From a virus, in the IMG/VR virus record IMGVR_UViG_3300025133_005514, positions 1 through 64,000 of that record: a DNA stretch of 64,000 bases, one strand, 5' to 3'. Every line of letters begins with the position of its first letter. Position 1 is the first letter of the stretch. The notes under the pieces were generated by a model that was not told the origin of the DNA, did not search any database, and saw only the letters and a program-made list of their open reading frames with translations. A program made the translations under genes and the position numbers. Positions 27,394-36,813 of this stretch are shown here, in pieces.

Positions 27394-27959
27394 CGCGGCA
27401 CCACCTCCAGCCTGGCTTGTGAGCGAATCCCCCACATCTCTATTCCCCGCCTCCAGACAAACCAGGCGTAGTCGGTCGCGTCGGTCTTGCCGTCGCCGGT
27501 AAAGCTGGGCCTGCGAGCCATCACAATCACGCGCTCCAGTGCGGAGTCAGGACCCACAAGGTCAATGCGCTTGGTGCTGCTCCCGAGGAAGTTCAAGCGA
27601 AGCAGGGCACAAACCACCCCACCCACCTCAACCGCGTCCAGGGCCTTCCGCACGAATTCTGCGGCCATCTTGTAAGGGGGGTTCATCACCACCGCCGACT
27701 GGTCGCTGAGGTCCTGAACCAGGAAGTCTCCCGCCCTTGAGCAGATACCCGGGGACGCCGGAGGTGGTTCGGTGTCGTAGGCGTTCACGGCGTGACCGTG
27801 GTTGTTGAGAACCTTGGCGATTGCCAGAGTCCCACACCCTGCGTCCAGCACACAGTGCGGCAGATGCACCCTGGAGAGGAGCACTTCGGTACACCAGGCT
27901 GGTGTTTCAAAGAAGTCGCGGCCTTGGCCTCCGCGTGGATTACGACCTGCCGCGCTCAC
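27390..27959 (-). CDS. orphan DNA amino-methyltransferase (m6A/m4C type)
   Basis: DFFETP, VLDAGCG, VMNPPY, LLRLNFL, RPSF...YAWFVW. Confidence 0.9.
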   Translation of the reverse strand: MSAAGRNPRGGQGRDFFETPAWCTEVLLSRVHLPHCVLDAGCGTLAIAKVLNNHGHAVNAYDTEPPPASPGICSRAGDFLVQDLSDQSAVVMNPPYKMAAEFVRKALDAVEVGGVVCALLRLNFLGSSTKRIDLVGPDSALERVIVMARRPSFTGDGKTDATDYAWFVWRRGIEMWGIRSQARLEVVPR

Positions 27960-28141
27960 GGAGCCCCCGAATCTTTGCCAGGGCGTCCATCGCCCTACGG
28001 TTGGCTGCGGCCCAGTCCTTCACCAGCCGGTCCTCTGGTGGTGGCGGGGCCCCTGCGGCCACCTCCGTCGCGATGACGGAGGCGAGCGCGCTGGCTTCGC
28101 TGGAGGCTCTGGCGTAGTTGTTGTAGTCGCCCAGGTCCGGC

Positions 28142-29188
28142 CTAGAAGTGGGGGGCATCGTCGTCCCCCAGCGGAGCGTCGTCCGGCGGCCCGTCACCAC
28201 CGGGCGGCATCTCGGCCTGCTTCATCAGCCACTCCTCCATCTGCACGATGAGGTCGTTGCCCTCGTCCAGCTTGATGGACGGAATGCGGCGGCGGCCCAC
28301 CACGGCGTCCCAGGCGGCGCGGCGGTTGGACCGGTAGCCGTTGAGCTTGGCGTGGAGGGTGACGAGGCCGTTGCCGCTGGGCTCCGCGTCCACCTCGATG
28401 GGCTCGACGTCCATCACCTTGTCGGCCGGGTGTCCGGGGGCCAGCAGGCTGCTGCCAGCGGACGGCATGACTCGGCGGTCCTCCGACGTCAGCGCGGAGT
28501 TCAGGTCCTCCCCGCCCTCGGTGGCGATGGGGAGCATCTTGACCAGCCGGCGCACGGCCGTCTTCTTCGCCATCTCCGGGTAGTGGTCGCGCCAGGGGCC
28601 CCACTCTCCCTTGCTCTGCGTGTTCCGCATGATGCGGTTGACCTCGCCGACGCTCATGACGGTGAACTGGTAGCTCATGCCGTCCTTGAAGCGGGCGATG
28701 GCGTAGACGCGGGTGATGCGCCCCCGGTCCTCGTCGGTGGACGGGATGTGCTTCAGCTTCTCGTCCAGCCCCAACTCGTACTCGAAGAAGTCCTTCTCGT
28801 ACACGCACTCAGCCGTGAGGGTGGCCACCTCGCCGGCCCGCCGAACGAGGCTGATGAGCCCCCGGTAGCCGATGATGAGGGTGCACTCGCTGACCCGCTT
28901 CTTCTTGTTGTAGTGCGGCACCAGGTACGCCTGACCCAGGGCTCCGCCGGACGGGTCGAGTCCGTACTTCGCGGCCTCCAGCACCGACAGCAGGAAGCTC
29001 TGCGGGTCGCACTCCTGAAGCTTGGGGTTCTGCTTCCAGCAGGCAACAGCGATGCGCTGGAGCTTGTCGGCGGTGAGGTGGCGCGTAGCGACCTCGGTGA
29101 GGGCGGTGGTGATCGCCGGGGACTTGATGCGCTCCAGGAGCGCCTGCTCGCGGTCCCGCTTGGCGGGGACTTGCACTCGTTCAGCCAT
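28142..29188 (-). CDS. recT: RecT-family single-strand annealing protein
   Basis: PKLQECDPQSF, GQAYLVP, IIGYRGLISLVRR, YELGL, GPWRDHYPEMAKKTAVRRL. Confidence 0.95.
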   Translation of the reverse strand: MAERVQVPAKRDREQALLERIKSPAITTALTEVATRHLTADKLQRIAVACWKQNPKLQECDPQSFLLSVLEAAKYGLDPSGGALGQAYLVPHYNKKKRVSECTLIIGYRGLISLVRRAGEVATLTAECVYEKDFFEYELGLDEKLKHIPSTDEDRGRITRVYAIARFKDGMSYQFTVMSVGEVNRIMRNTQSKGEWGPWRDHYPEMAKKTAVRRLVKMLPIATEGGEDLNSALTSEDRRVMPSAGSSLLAPGHPADKVMDVEPIEVDAEPSGNGLVTLHAKLNGYRSNRRAAWDAVVGRRRIPSIKLDEGNDLIVQMEEWLMKQAEMPPGGDGPPDDAPLGDDDAPHF

Positions 29189-29190
29189 TT

Positions 29191-30324
29191 CTACTTCTCC
29201 TTGGGAAGGGTGATGAGATTCTGTCGGTCAACGTGCTTGAGGTGTTCTTCTGCGATTCCCTGAGCCTTGGGGGGTAGGGCCTCCAGCCATGCTGCGAGCC
29301 CGCCGGACTTCGGCCGCTTCGGCTCGAACGTCTCGGAGAAGTCGGCCCCCTCCTCCAGCGCTGCTGCGGCGATGGCCTGCCAGAGGTGGCCCCGGACCTC
29401 CTTGTCCACGTTCTTTCGGCTCCAGGTTCGGCCGGGGACGCGGTTCATGCCGAGGGTGGTTCCGTCCTCAAGCTCCAGAGGAGAGGTGCGCTCGCGGAGG
29501 CGGGCCATCAGGTCGTCCTTGGCCATGCTGGTCACGTGCTTGAGCAGCTGCCATCGGCGGTACAGGAGTTCGTCATCCTGGGTGCCGTAGGTCATGTCAC
29601 CAACCACCTCGGCCCCCTCCTGCGCCATGCAGTGGGTCCGGTACGGGCACCGCCCGCAGTGCTCGCCGGGGCGGAAGTCTCGCCCCAACTCCTCGTGCGG
29701 CACCTTGTCCCGCTGCACGCAGGCGGCAAACAGCGCCTGGGCCCTCTTGTGGAACCAGTCGGCCGGCTTCGCAATCTGCTGCCCGACCTTGAACCGGAGG
29801 TTCCAGTAGGTGAACACAACCTTGCCCACGGTCAGGTACTGGGCAACGGCCGAGCCGTAGGAGATAGCCTGAGGCTCGTTGTCCAGGTTGTTGTCGCTGG
29901 TCAGGCCCTGGGCCGTCTTCCAGTCGTCCACCATGGCGACACCCATGTCCGACCTGAAGCCGTCCGGGGTCACCGAGTAGTAGGTGCCGCTGGTGGGCTC
30001 CTCCTCGGTCCAATCCTCCACGACGCCCTTGTTGCCGATGCGGCCGTAGAGGGTTCGCTCGATGAAGTCGTTGTGGATACCGAGCAGCCCCATGTCGGCC
30101 GCGTTCTCGTACAGCTTCTCGCTGTCCCGCAACTCCACCACGGACAGGGAGGAGGGCGGCTCCGGCTGGTCGATACCCAACCCGTTCGCCTCCACCTTGT
30201 GGTGGACGTGTCGGCCTACCCCGTACCCAGACCAGTCGTCCGAGGGCTTGAGGCCGAGCCTCTGCCACAGGGAGCTTCGGGGGCACAGAGAGTCCCACTT
30301 CACAGTTGTGCTTCGCCACCTCAC
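29191..30324 (-). CDS. PD-(D/E)XK exonuclease with four-Cys staple (Cas4/AddB-like), likely RecT partner
   Basis: CPR...GRHVH...PD...VDDWKT...Q..Y...HCGRCPYRTHC. Confidence 0.85.
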   Translation of the reverse strand: MRWRSTTVKWDSLCPRSSLWQRLGLKPSDDWSGYGVGRHVHHKVEANGLGIDQPEPPSSLSVVELRDSEKLYENAADMGLLGIHNDFIERTLYGRIGNKGVVEDWTEEEPTSGTYYSVTPDGFRSDMGVAMVDDWKTAQGLTSDNNLDNEPQAISYGSAVAQYLTVGKVVFTYWNLRFKVGQQIAKPADWFHKRAQALFAACVQRDKVPHEELGRDFRPGEHCGRCPYRTHCMAQEGAEVVGDMTYGTQDDELLYRRWQLLKHVTSMAKDDLMARLRERTSPLELEDGTTLGMNRVPGRTWSRKNVDKEVRGHLWQAIAAAALEEGADFSETFEPKRPKSGGLAAWLEALPPKAQGIAEEHLKHVDRQNLITLPKEK

Positions 30325-30557
30325 TGAACCAACCCCACTACCTTCTCTACGAAGTCTGCAATCTTCATGTCGCCTCGTTCGATGTGGTTCCATTTGCCCT
30401 TGCCGTGAGGGCGGTAGGAAGCGCTCTCGTCGGCCACCACGGCCACGCGCTCGTTGTCGCTGTAGCGCTTGATGATGGTCGTCGGCCCCTCGGCCAGAGC
30501 CCAGAACTTGTTCGGGATGACGTCCTCGACGTAGACGTATGTGCGTCCGCCAGCCAT
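30321..30557 (-). CDS. hypothetical protein
   Basis: Coupled to both neighbours. Confidence 0.55.
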   Translation of the reverse strand: MAGGRTYVYVEDVIPNKFWALAEGPTTIIKRYSDNERVAVVADESASYRPHGKGKWNHIERGDMKIADFVEKVVGLVQ

Positions 30558-30730
30558 CACTCCTCCCTCATTCGTTCGGCGAATCGGCGCAGTTGGTCGT
30601 ATCCGTCAAGGAGGTCGCGCAGGGCGCGTTCCAGCGAGTGGCCGAAGTTGTGGATTCCCCAGCCCCGCTGCTCCAGCAGGAGCAATGCGGCCAACACGTC
30701 CTCCTCCTCGGGAGGCGGCGCGGGCATCAT
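30557..30730 (-). CDS. hypothetical protein
   Basis: ATGA coupling with the exonuclease stop. Confidence 0.5.
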   Translation of the reverse strand: MMPAPPPEEEDVLAALLLLEQRGWGIHNFGHSLERALRDLLDGYDQLRRFAERMREE

Positions 30731-31365
30731 GGGGTCCACCCGTTGCGCTCGGCTTCGATAGCGACCGCAACCATGGCCTCCTGGAGAGCGTCCTCCTGGG
30801 CTCGGTGAGCCTGGGAACCCCAGCGAATCTCGTGCCCCCTGCCGTTGAGGTAGGAGATGGTCTCCGTGAGAGACGGCCACTTCCATTCCGCACCCTTCGC
30901 CTTGGCCCACTCAGGCGCGGGGGGCAGAGCGCCGGCCGGTCCCATGATTCCCATCGCGGCCTCCATGATGCACTCACCCGGGACGGTTTTCGTCCTGTCG
31001 AAAATGTCCCACGGGGAGGCTCCGAGGAAGCGGAAGTCGAAGGCTTGATTGAAGGCCCGAAGCTTCAGGTCGCCGCCGTAGCGGACCGCGATGCGCTCGA
31101 CCCATTCAGCCAACCGTTCGGCTGCGGCCTCCTCTTCCAAGCCCTCCTCAAGGACCTGCTCCCGGCTGATGCCGGTGATTTCGAAGGCTCGCTTGGCCTT
31201 GGGGTCGTATAGGACGTCCTTGTCGTGCTTCACGAAGAAGCCGATGGGGTTCTTGACGAGCCCCTCCCCAGTAACAACGACGGCTCCCACCTCGACAATC
31301 ACAGGCTCGTAGCCGCTCTTGGGGAGACCTGTTGTTTCGGTATCGATACAGACGAACGGAATCAT
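30727..31365 (-). CDS. DEDDh 3'-5' exonuclease (DnaQ-like)
   Basis: IDTETTGL, AFNQAFDFRFL, AHRAQEDA. Confidence 0.92.
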   Translation of the reverse strand: MIPFVCIDTETTGLPKSGYEPVIVEVGAVVVTGEGLVKNPIGFFVKHDKDVLYDPKAKRAFEITGISREQVLEEGLEEEAAAERLAEWVERIAVRYGGDLKLRAFNQAFDFRFLGASPWDIFDRTKTVPGECIMEAAMGIMGPAGALPPAPEWAKAKGAEWKWPSLTETISYLNGRGHEIRWGSQAHRAQEDALQEAMVAVAIEAERNGWTP

Positions 31366-32174
31366 TCTTTCTCCCGGGTTGCGAGCGGGTGCCTAAGGGC
31401 TTCTTCTGCCTCGTGGGGCGAAATAGCTGGCCCCGACACTCGGGCCCTCCACGTCCTCCCCTGCTTAACGTCTCGGATGGTTCTTTCTGAGACACCCATC
31501 CGGCGGGCGAGAGCATTGTTTGGCTCTCCTGAGCTTCTTATTTCACTCACAGCCTTCCAGGCAAGCTTGGCCGTACCCCTGTGGTGGCCTCGGTTTCTGA
31601 TCATGTCTGCCATATTTTCGGCCTGGGTTCCCCATCGGAGGTTTTCGACACTGTTGTTCAACGGGTCATCATCCCAGTGGCGGGCGACGTACCCCTCTGG
31701 CCTGGGGCCAACGAACACGTTAAGGACCGCGATGTGAGACCTGAGATACGCGCTCTTAATGCGTCTGCCATGCACAACCACGGCCAGTCCAACCCCGGGG
31801 TAGCGCCCGCGAAGAGAAAGCTTGCGTACCACCCCCCTTGTCATCCTGGTTCGCTCTCCAGATTTGTGGTGGACGAACCTAACCCGCCTGGGAAGCGACT
31901 TGAACCGCCCAAGGTCCGAGACCTCGTACACCCCCAGAAAGCCAGGCACAGGTCGCCACCTCTCTCGCTCCTCCGCCCGCTCGTAACACGCGAGGCAGAG
32001 CCCTTGCAGCGGCCGGCAAAGCGGGCTGTGGTTGATTGGATCTTCCTCGTTAGGTTGGCCGCAGGTTTTACAGGACGGGGTACCCTCTACCGTGGGCATA
32101 GCGAACCTCCTTTGTTCGTCGCCTGCGCGCTGGACCTGGTCGTACAGCGGCGCGGGGTGTCCACACAAAATCAT
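31362..32174 (-). CDS. NUMOD4-HNH homing endonuclease with extra N-terminal Cys-rich segment
   Basis: ERWRPVPGFLGVYEVSDLGR; HIAVLNVFVGPRP...RHWDDDPLNNSVENLRWGTQAEN; C-terminal HTH. Confidence 0.9.
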   Translation of the reverse strand: MILCGHPAPLYDQVQRAGDEQRRFAMPTVEGTPSCKTCGQPNEEDPINHSPLCRPLQGLCLACYERAEERERWRPVPGFLGVYEVSDLGRFKSLPRRVRFVHHKSGERTRMTRGVVRKLSLRGRYPGVGLAVVVHGRRIKSAYLRSHIAVLNVFVGPRPEGYVARHWDDDPLNNSVENLRWGTQAENMADMIRNRGHHRGTAKLAWKAVSEIRSSGEPNNALARRMGVSERTIRDVKQGRTWRARVSGPAISPHEAEEALRHPLATREKE

Positions 32175-32175
32175 G

Positions 32176-32427
32176 TCACTTCCCCTCTGTCCACCTAAAC
32201 CAGCACGGGGCGCAAAACGGAACGTCGGCCAGGTGTGGGAAGCCCAGGTGTCGCTGCCTGATGGCTGCGGGGGCTGAGCACAGGTGGCACAAGATTTCCC
32301 CGTACTCGTTCAACTCCTGGACCGCCATGCGGACGTGCTCCTGCGGCCAACGCGGGTGTGGACCCGTGATTGACGCGCTTACACGCGGGGGCGCTGGGGG
32401 CGTGTGGGTGCCGGACTTCGTCGTCAT
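32176..32427 (-). CDS. small CxxC protein, first gene of the leftward recombination operon
   Basis: CHLC...FCAPC; AGGTGGAG RBS. Confidence 0.55.
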   Translation of the reverse strand: MTTKSGTHTPPAPPRVSASITGPHPRWPQEHVRMAVQELNEYGEILCHLCSAPAAIRQRHLGFPHLADVPFCAPCWFRWTEGK

Positions 32428-32448
32428 GTGCTCCACCTTTCGTCAGCT

Positions 32449-32504
32449 AAGTTACAGGGCGGTTAACCCGGTTGCAAGCCTCGTGGTTGAATTTGTGGTA
32501 GAAT
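32449..32504. promoter_or_regulatory. divergent promoter region
   Basis: Minus strand TTGCAA-17 nt-TAACTT with TG; plus strand extended -10 TGGTAGAAT; AT-rich island. Confidence 0.6.
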
Positions 32505-32745
32505 TAGTTTGCAAACGCTGGACGCGAAGCCTTTTTTAATTTGCGGTTGCTCGGAGGCTTGTGTGGGCGTAGCTTGCACGGGCTGTTGCGAAAGCGACGG
32601 CTCGGCCCGCCTGGGTTTCTGCTCTGCCCTCGCCCCCTCCCAGGGGGGCGGGGCTACGCGGAAAAAGCGGGAAGCAGAAACGGCGGAGACCTTCTCCACC
32701 GACCATGAATTCGGAAGCCGCCAAGCGGCAGTGGAGAAGTGCGCC

Positions 32746-33834
32746 ATGGGAAACGGCCGTTGGGTCAGACTCGATTACACCTACTACACGGATGGGAAGC
32801 TCCAGAAAGCCGGATGGGAGGCTGTGGCCCTCTGGCCGGTTATTCTCGCCAGACTCGGCGAGGGCGAGGGAGTTAGGGAGGAGGACGACTTCGACCAGAA
32901 CCTTCTCGCCAGGATTACCGGGTTCCCAGAGAAGCTGGTTAGCAAGGGCTTGGCTGGCCTGACGCGCGTCGGCCTGCTCGCACACGGCTCCATCCGTAAG
33001 CGCGGCGGAGCGGCTGGCGGACGCGAGGTTTCAGGGATTATCACCCCCGCGTGGCGTTCGTACCACCCCGGGGCCGGGAGCGTAAAAGTAGAGAACAGGG
33101 GCGACGTCAGCGTTTCGTCCAGCACGGTGCCTTTCGCGGGACGGGAACGCGGGACGGGAACGCGGGACGTTACGGACGATACGAACGTTACGGACGTTAC
33201 GAAGGAACCTTCGGTTCTTGGTCCAGACGCTCTCCGAGCTATCCAGGACCAGGCGATTAAAGAACTCGTTGAGTTCATCATCGAGACGTGGTCAGACCGA
33301 ACCCTCGGCAAGCCGGAGACCTTCGTGAAGTGGGTCCAGACCAACGCCCTGGCGAACCCCGGCGTAGACCTCCTGGCCGAAGCTCAGGCGGCGGCAGCCT
33401 GGGAACTCTCCAACCCCTCAAAGAAGAAGAAGCAGATCCGCCGGTTCTTGGGCAGCTGGTGGAGCAGGGCTCAGGACCGAGGTGGGAGCCGCCCACGGAC
33501 CCAGCCGAAGGAGCAGCCCATCGAGATAAACCCGCACAGCGGACTCCCGGCCTTCAAACACCCCGACCCCAACATCGCAACCCCGGTGAGCCGCCACCCT
33601 GATGGGGTCTGGTGCCCCAACGAGTCCGAGATGAAGCGGCACCAGCCGTGGCGGGAAGCGTTCCGTGGGGTGATTGCCGAAGGGATGGCTAAGGGGAACG
33701 GGGACTTCGATGGCTACAACGACACCCAGTACATCGAAGCTCTGGGCAAGCTGAACGCTCGCCCGATGGCAAGGGAGCTTCGGTACGCCATCGATCACTT
33801 CATGACCGAGTACAAAGAGGAGGCCGGGCTGTGA
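32746..33834 (+). CDS. phage replication initiator / replisome organiser-like protein
   Basis: WVRLD.TYY.D.KL N-terminus, wHTH-like segment, repeat-encoded linker, IRRFLGSWWSRAQDRG (DnaD-like); upstream of primase-helicase. Confidence 0.75.
   Translation: MGNGRWVRLDYTYYTDGKLQKAGWEAVALWPVILARLGEGEGVREEDDFDQNLLARITGFPEKLVSKGLAGLTRVGLLAHGSIRKRGGAAGGREVSGIITPAWRSYHPGAGSVKVENRGDVSVSSSTVPFAGRERGTGTRDVTDDTNVTDVTKEPSVLGPDALRAIQDQAIKELVEFIIETWSDRTLGKPETFVKWVQTNALANPGVDLLAEAQAAAAWELSNPSKKKKQIRRFLGSWWSRAQDRGGSRPRTQPKEQPIEINPHSGLPAFKHPDPNIATPVSRHPDGVWCPNESEMKRHQPWREAFRGVIAEGMAKGNGDFDGYNDTQYIEALGKLNARPMARELRYAIDHFMTEYKEEAGL
33135..33203 (+). repeat. tandem iteron-like repeats within the initiator gene
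   Basis: CGCGGGACGGGAA x2 plus a partial copy, then CG(T/A)TACG(G/A)A x4. Confidence 0.8.
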
Positions 33835-35786
33835 CCCTGCGAGCAGAAGACCCACGGCTGGCTGAAGCCAAGAGCAAGTGCATCCGCGAGGTTGCGGCAG
33901 CCCTCGGGCTGGACGTGACCCAGAACGGGAAGAAGGCGTACCACCCCGGAGGAAGGGGTCCCGGAGGCCGGTCCCCGAGCATCACCTTCGGCGTCAAAAA
34001 CATGACGGAGGTGTGGCACTGCTTCCGCGACGGCAGCGGCGGCGACGTCATCGAACTCGTGAAGCACTTCAAGGACTACGACTTCAAAATGGCGGTGGAC
34101 TGGCTGGCTGGACCGCTTCCCGAGCCCATCAAGGTTCGGACCTACGGAGCGCTTGAGGAAGCGCCGCCCGAGCCCACGTTCGCCGAACGGACCGCAGCCT
34201 GCGCCGCCTTCTACAACGCCCTCCCCAAGCTGGATCACTTCGGCTCGATGTGGCTGCTCACGGAGCGGGGCATCTCCGCAGACACCGTTGCGAAGTTCGG
34301 AATCCGGTACGTGGACGACGACCACACCGACGAGGCCATGGGACAGGCGCTTCGGGCTACCGACTGCAAGGTGGTCTCAGCCCTGGGCCTGGGGAAGCTG
34401 TCGAGCAAGACCGACAAGATGTACGGCAGGTTCCGGGGGTACTGGCTGGTCATCCCCTACTTCGGCATCGACTCCGGCGGCCCGACAAAGATTGGCCACC
34501 TCCAGTTCCGGCGGGTCCACCGCAGCGGGAAGAAGGCTGAGGGATACGAGAAGTGGCGGCACACCAGCGGGACCGTGCCCTGGCCCTGGAACATCGACGC
34601 CGTCTCGACCCTGGCCGAGGGCGACAAGCTCTGGTTCGTTGAGGGCGCCCTGGACGGCATGAGGCTGGAGCAGGAGGACGTCGCCGCCATCGGCGTCCCC
34701 GGGGTCCACTGGTTGACCGATGTGAAGACGCAGAGGCTGGTGGAGATTCTCCCTGACGGAGTTGACGGGGTTGAGGCGTTCGATTGGGACGACGCCGGCC
34801 GCGAAGCTGGCCCCAAGCTGGTGGACAAGATGCAGGAGGCCGGGCTCAGGATGAGCAAGGTCGTGTGGCCCGACACCTGGGAGGGGGACTGGTGCGAGGC
34901 GTTCATGTCGCCGGACGAGCCCAAGCCAGAGGTTGTGGACTGCCCACCGAAGCTGCGGGTTATCTCTGGCCCTGAGCCTGGGGATGACATGTCGGTCAGC
35001 CTGGGGGATGTGTTTCTAGGGTCCACCCAGCGGCACATGGCGACCGACCAGCAGACCAAGCCATGGAGGTCTGGGATCAAGTCGATCGACGCAAGGTTTG
35101 CCCCGGAGCGGGGAGACACGGTGGTAATCGCCGGCCGTCCGGCGGCAGGCAAGACGCACACCATGATGTCGCTGGCCTATGCCAGCGCTGCTGCCGGGTA
35201 CTCCAAGCCGGGGATTGTCAGCATCGAGATGAGCCGCAGACAGCTGGGCAAGCGAACCATGTGCGCCACCCTCGGCCTGACCAACACGGACAACATCGGC
35301 AGCAGCCAGGCCATGATGGACAAGGTTGCGCTGGCGGCAGCCGAGATGCCGGACGTCAGGGTGTGGTTCTCTGGCAGGTCACTGGACGACGTGGTTGACG
35401 CCCTGACCTCGTTGGCCCGCCGTGGCTGCGACGTGGTGATGGTGGACTACCTCCAGTACATCAAGTCCACCGAGTCGAACCGGTACGAGTCCCTGGACCT
35501 GGTGAGCAAGACCCTGAAGTCCACCTTCAAGCGGCTGAACATTCTCGGCATCGTAGGGGCCCAGTTGAAGCGTGGGTCTACCGGGGTGGACCGCAGGCCG
35601 ACCATCGATGACATCAAGGGCTGCGGAAGCATCGAGGAGGACGCCGACCACATCCTCCTCCTGGATGTGCCGGACCCGAACAACCCCTCGCTCAAGCGGC
35701 TCAACCTGGCCAAGAACAAGAATGGGGAGCCGGCTGAGTTCGCACTCATCACCCCCTACCCCTTCGGATGGATGGTGGGAGAATGA
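33831..35786 (+). CDS. primase-helicase fusion (degenerate CHC2 finger, TOPRIM, DnaB-like SF4 helicase)
   Basis: WHCF..GSGGDVI; VEGALDG, FDWDDAG; AGRPAAGKT, SIEMS, VDYLQ, AQL.R, GSIEEDAD. Confidence 0.92.
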   Translation: MTLRAEDPRLAEAKSKCIREVAAALGLDVTQNGKKAYHPGGRGPGGRSPSITFGVKNMTEVWHCFRDGSGGDVIELVKHFKDYDFKMAVDWLAGPLPEPIKVRTYGALEEAPPEPTFAERTAACAAFYNALPKLDHFGSMWLLTERGISADTVAKFGIRYVDDDHTDEAMGQALRATDCKVVSALGLGKLSSKTDKMYGRFRGYWLVIPYFGIDSGGPTKIGHLQFRRVHRSGKKAEGYEKWRHTSGTVPWPWNIDAVSTLAEGDKLWFVEGALDGMRLEQEDVAAIGVPGVHWLTDVKTQRLVEILPDGVDGVEAFDWDDAGREAGPKLVDKMQEAGLRMSKVVWPDTWEGDWCEAFMSPDEPKPEVVDCPPKLRVISGPEPGDDMSVSLGDVFLGSTQRHMATDQQTKPWRSGIKSIDARFAPERGDTVVIAGRPAAGKTHTMMSLAYASAAAGYSKPGIVSIEMSRRQLGKRTMCATLGLTNTDNIGSSQAMMDKVALAAAEMPDVRVWFSGRSLDDVVDALTSLARRGCDVVMVDYLQYIKSTESNRYESLDLVSKTLKSTFKRLNILGIVGAQLKRGSTGVDRRPTIDDIKGCGSIEEDADHILLLDVPDPNNPSLKRLNLAKNKNGEPAEFALITPYPFGWMVGE

Positions 35787-35986
35787 CCATGATGGAAGAA
35801 TGGGAAGGCGTTGTAGCCACGCTGCCGTGGATTCGGAAGTTCGCGATGGGGATGATGTGCCCGTTGCACGGAGCCATGCCTGACGAGCGCTGCGCCCCCG
35901 ACCTGAAGTGCTGCTGGATGCGGGTTGAGTACGCCGAGTTGGTCATCCACGCGGACCTGGTTGGGGTTGACGAGGTGGGTGACTAG
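35783..35986 (+). CDS. hypothetical protein
   Basis: ATGA coupling to the helicase stop. Confidence 0.45.
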   Translation: MTMMEEWEGVVATLPWIRKFAMGMMCPLHGAMPDERCAPDLKCCWMRVEYAELVIHADLVGVDEVGD

Positions 35987-35996
35987 ACCGTATGGT
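35967..35996 (+). promoter_or_regulatory. sigma70-type promoter giving a probably leaderless XRE mRNA
   Basis: TTGACG-18 nt-TATGGT, 6 nt before ATG 36003; no Shine-Dalgarno. Confidence 0.6.
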
Positions 35997-36002
35997 TAAC
36001 TT

Positions 36003-36290
36003 ATGGAATTCGGCGAACTGTTCAGAGCAAGACGGAAGCTGGCGGGGTGGACCCTGAGGGACGTGAGTTCGGCCCTGGGAATCAGTTCGGCCTACGTCTC
36101 CATGGTCGAGCGGGGGCTCAAGCTCCCCATGAGCGACGACCTCCTGGTCACCATGGCGAAGACCTGGGGCACAGACCCTGGCGAGCTAATCCAGGCAGCC
36201 GGCGCAGCCCGTGGGTTCTTCCGGGTTCCGGCTGACGGCGACGACCACAACGAGAAGATGGCCAGAGCCGTCATGAGGTGCATTGCATGA
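36003..36290 (+). CDS. XRE-family HTH regulator
   Basis: FGELFRARR..TLRDVSSALGISSAYVSMVERG. Confidence 0.9.
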   Translation: MEFGELFRARRKLAGWTLRDVSSALGISSAYVSMVERGLKLPMSDDLLVTMAKTWGTDPGELIQAAGAARGFFRVPADGDDHNEKMARAVMRCIA

Positions 36291-36496
36291 TCAAGCCGGT
36301 AGCTGGCGAGGTATGGACCGACGGCAAGACGGACAAGGTTCTGATGCACGTCACCCACTTGGAAGGCCCCTCGGGTGAGTCCTGGCGGGTTGGTTGGGGT
36401 GACGGCGCTGTATTCCGCTACTGGCCTCCCGAGGCTGTGAAGGGTAGAAAGCGTGCAGAAGCCTGGCCCCCGAAGGGCTGGACCAAGCGAGGTTAG
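36287..36496 (+). CDS. hypothetical protein
   Basis: ATGA coupling; PVAGEVW motif. Confidence 0.55.
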   Translation: MIKPVAGEVWTDGKTDKVLMHVTHLEGPSGESWRVGWGDGAVFRYWPPEAVKGRKRAEAWPPKGWTKRG

Positions 36497-36498
36497 CG

Positions 36499-36813
36499 AT
36501 GTTCGACCCGACCGAGATGACCGTGAAAGAAGCCATCCCAGCCCTTGAGGGGTTGAGCCAGGAGGACCTCCTCGGCGTTCGGATGGCAGAGATGGCCGGC
36601 AAGGACCGGGTCTCCCTGATTCGGGAGATTGACGAGCACCTTGAGGCGCTGATCGATGACCTCGTTGAGATCGTGGCCGAGGACCTCATCGACCCCGAGC
36701 CAGTCAAGGTGGTCGAGGTTGTGCCCACCATCTCGGTCAAGGACTGGTTCCGGCTGCCCAAGAGCCACCGGAAGATGTGGATTCGGGACGGCCGGACCTT
36801 CCGCAAGCGGTAG
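36499..36813 (+). CDS. small helical-domain protein, similar to 4887..5228
   Basis: MTVKEAIPAL...AEMAGKDRVSLIREI. Confidence 0.75.
   Translation: MFDPTEMTVKEAIPALEGLSQEDLLGVRMAEMAGKDRVSLIREIDEHLEALIDDLVEIVAEDLIDPEPVKVVEVVPTISVKDWFRLPKSHRKMWIRDGRTFRKR

Noticed and set aside
29191-30324. Cas4 as part of a CRISPR-Cas system
   Set aside because: No cas1/cas2 or array; adjacency to RecT indicates a recombination exonuclease.
33135-33203. CRISPR array
   Set aside because: Short tandem units with no spacers, inside a CDS.
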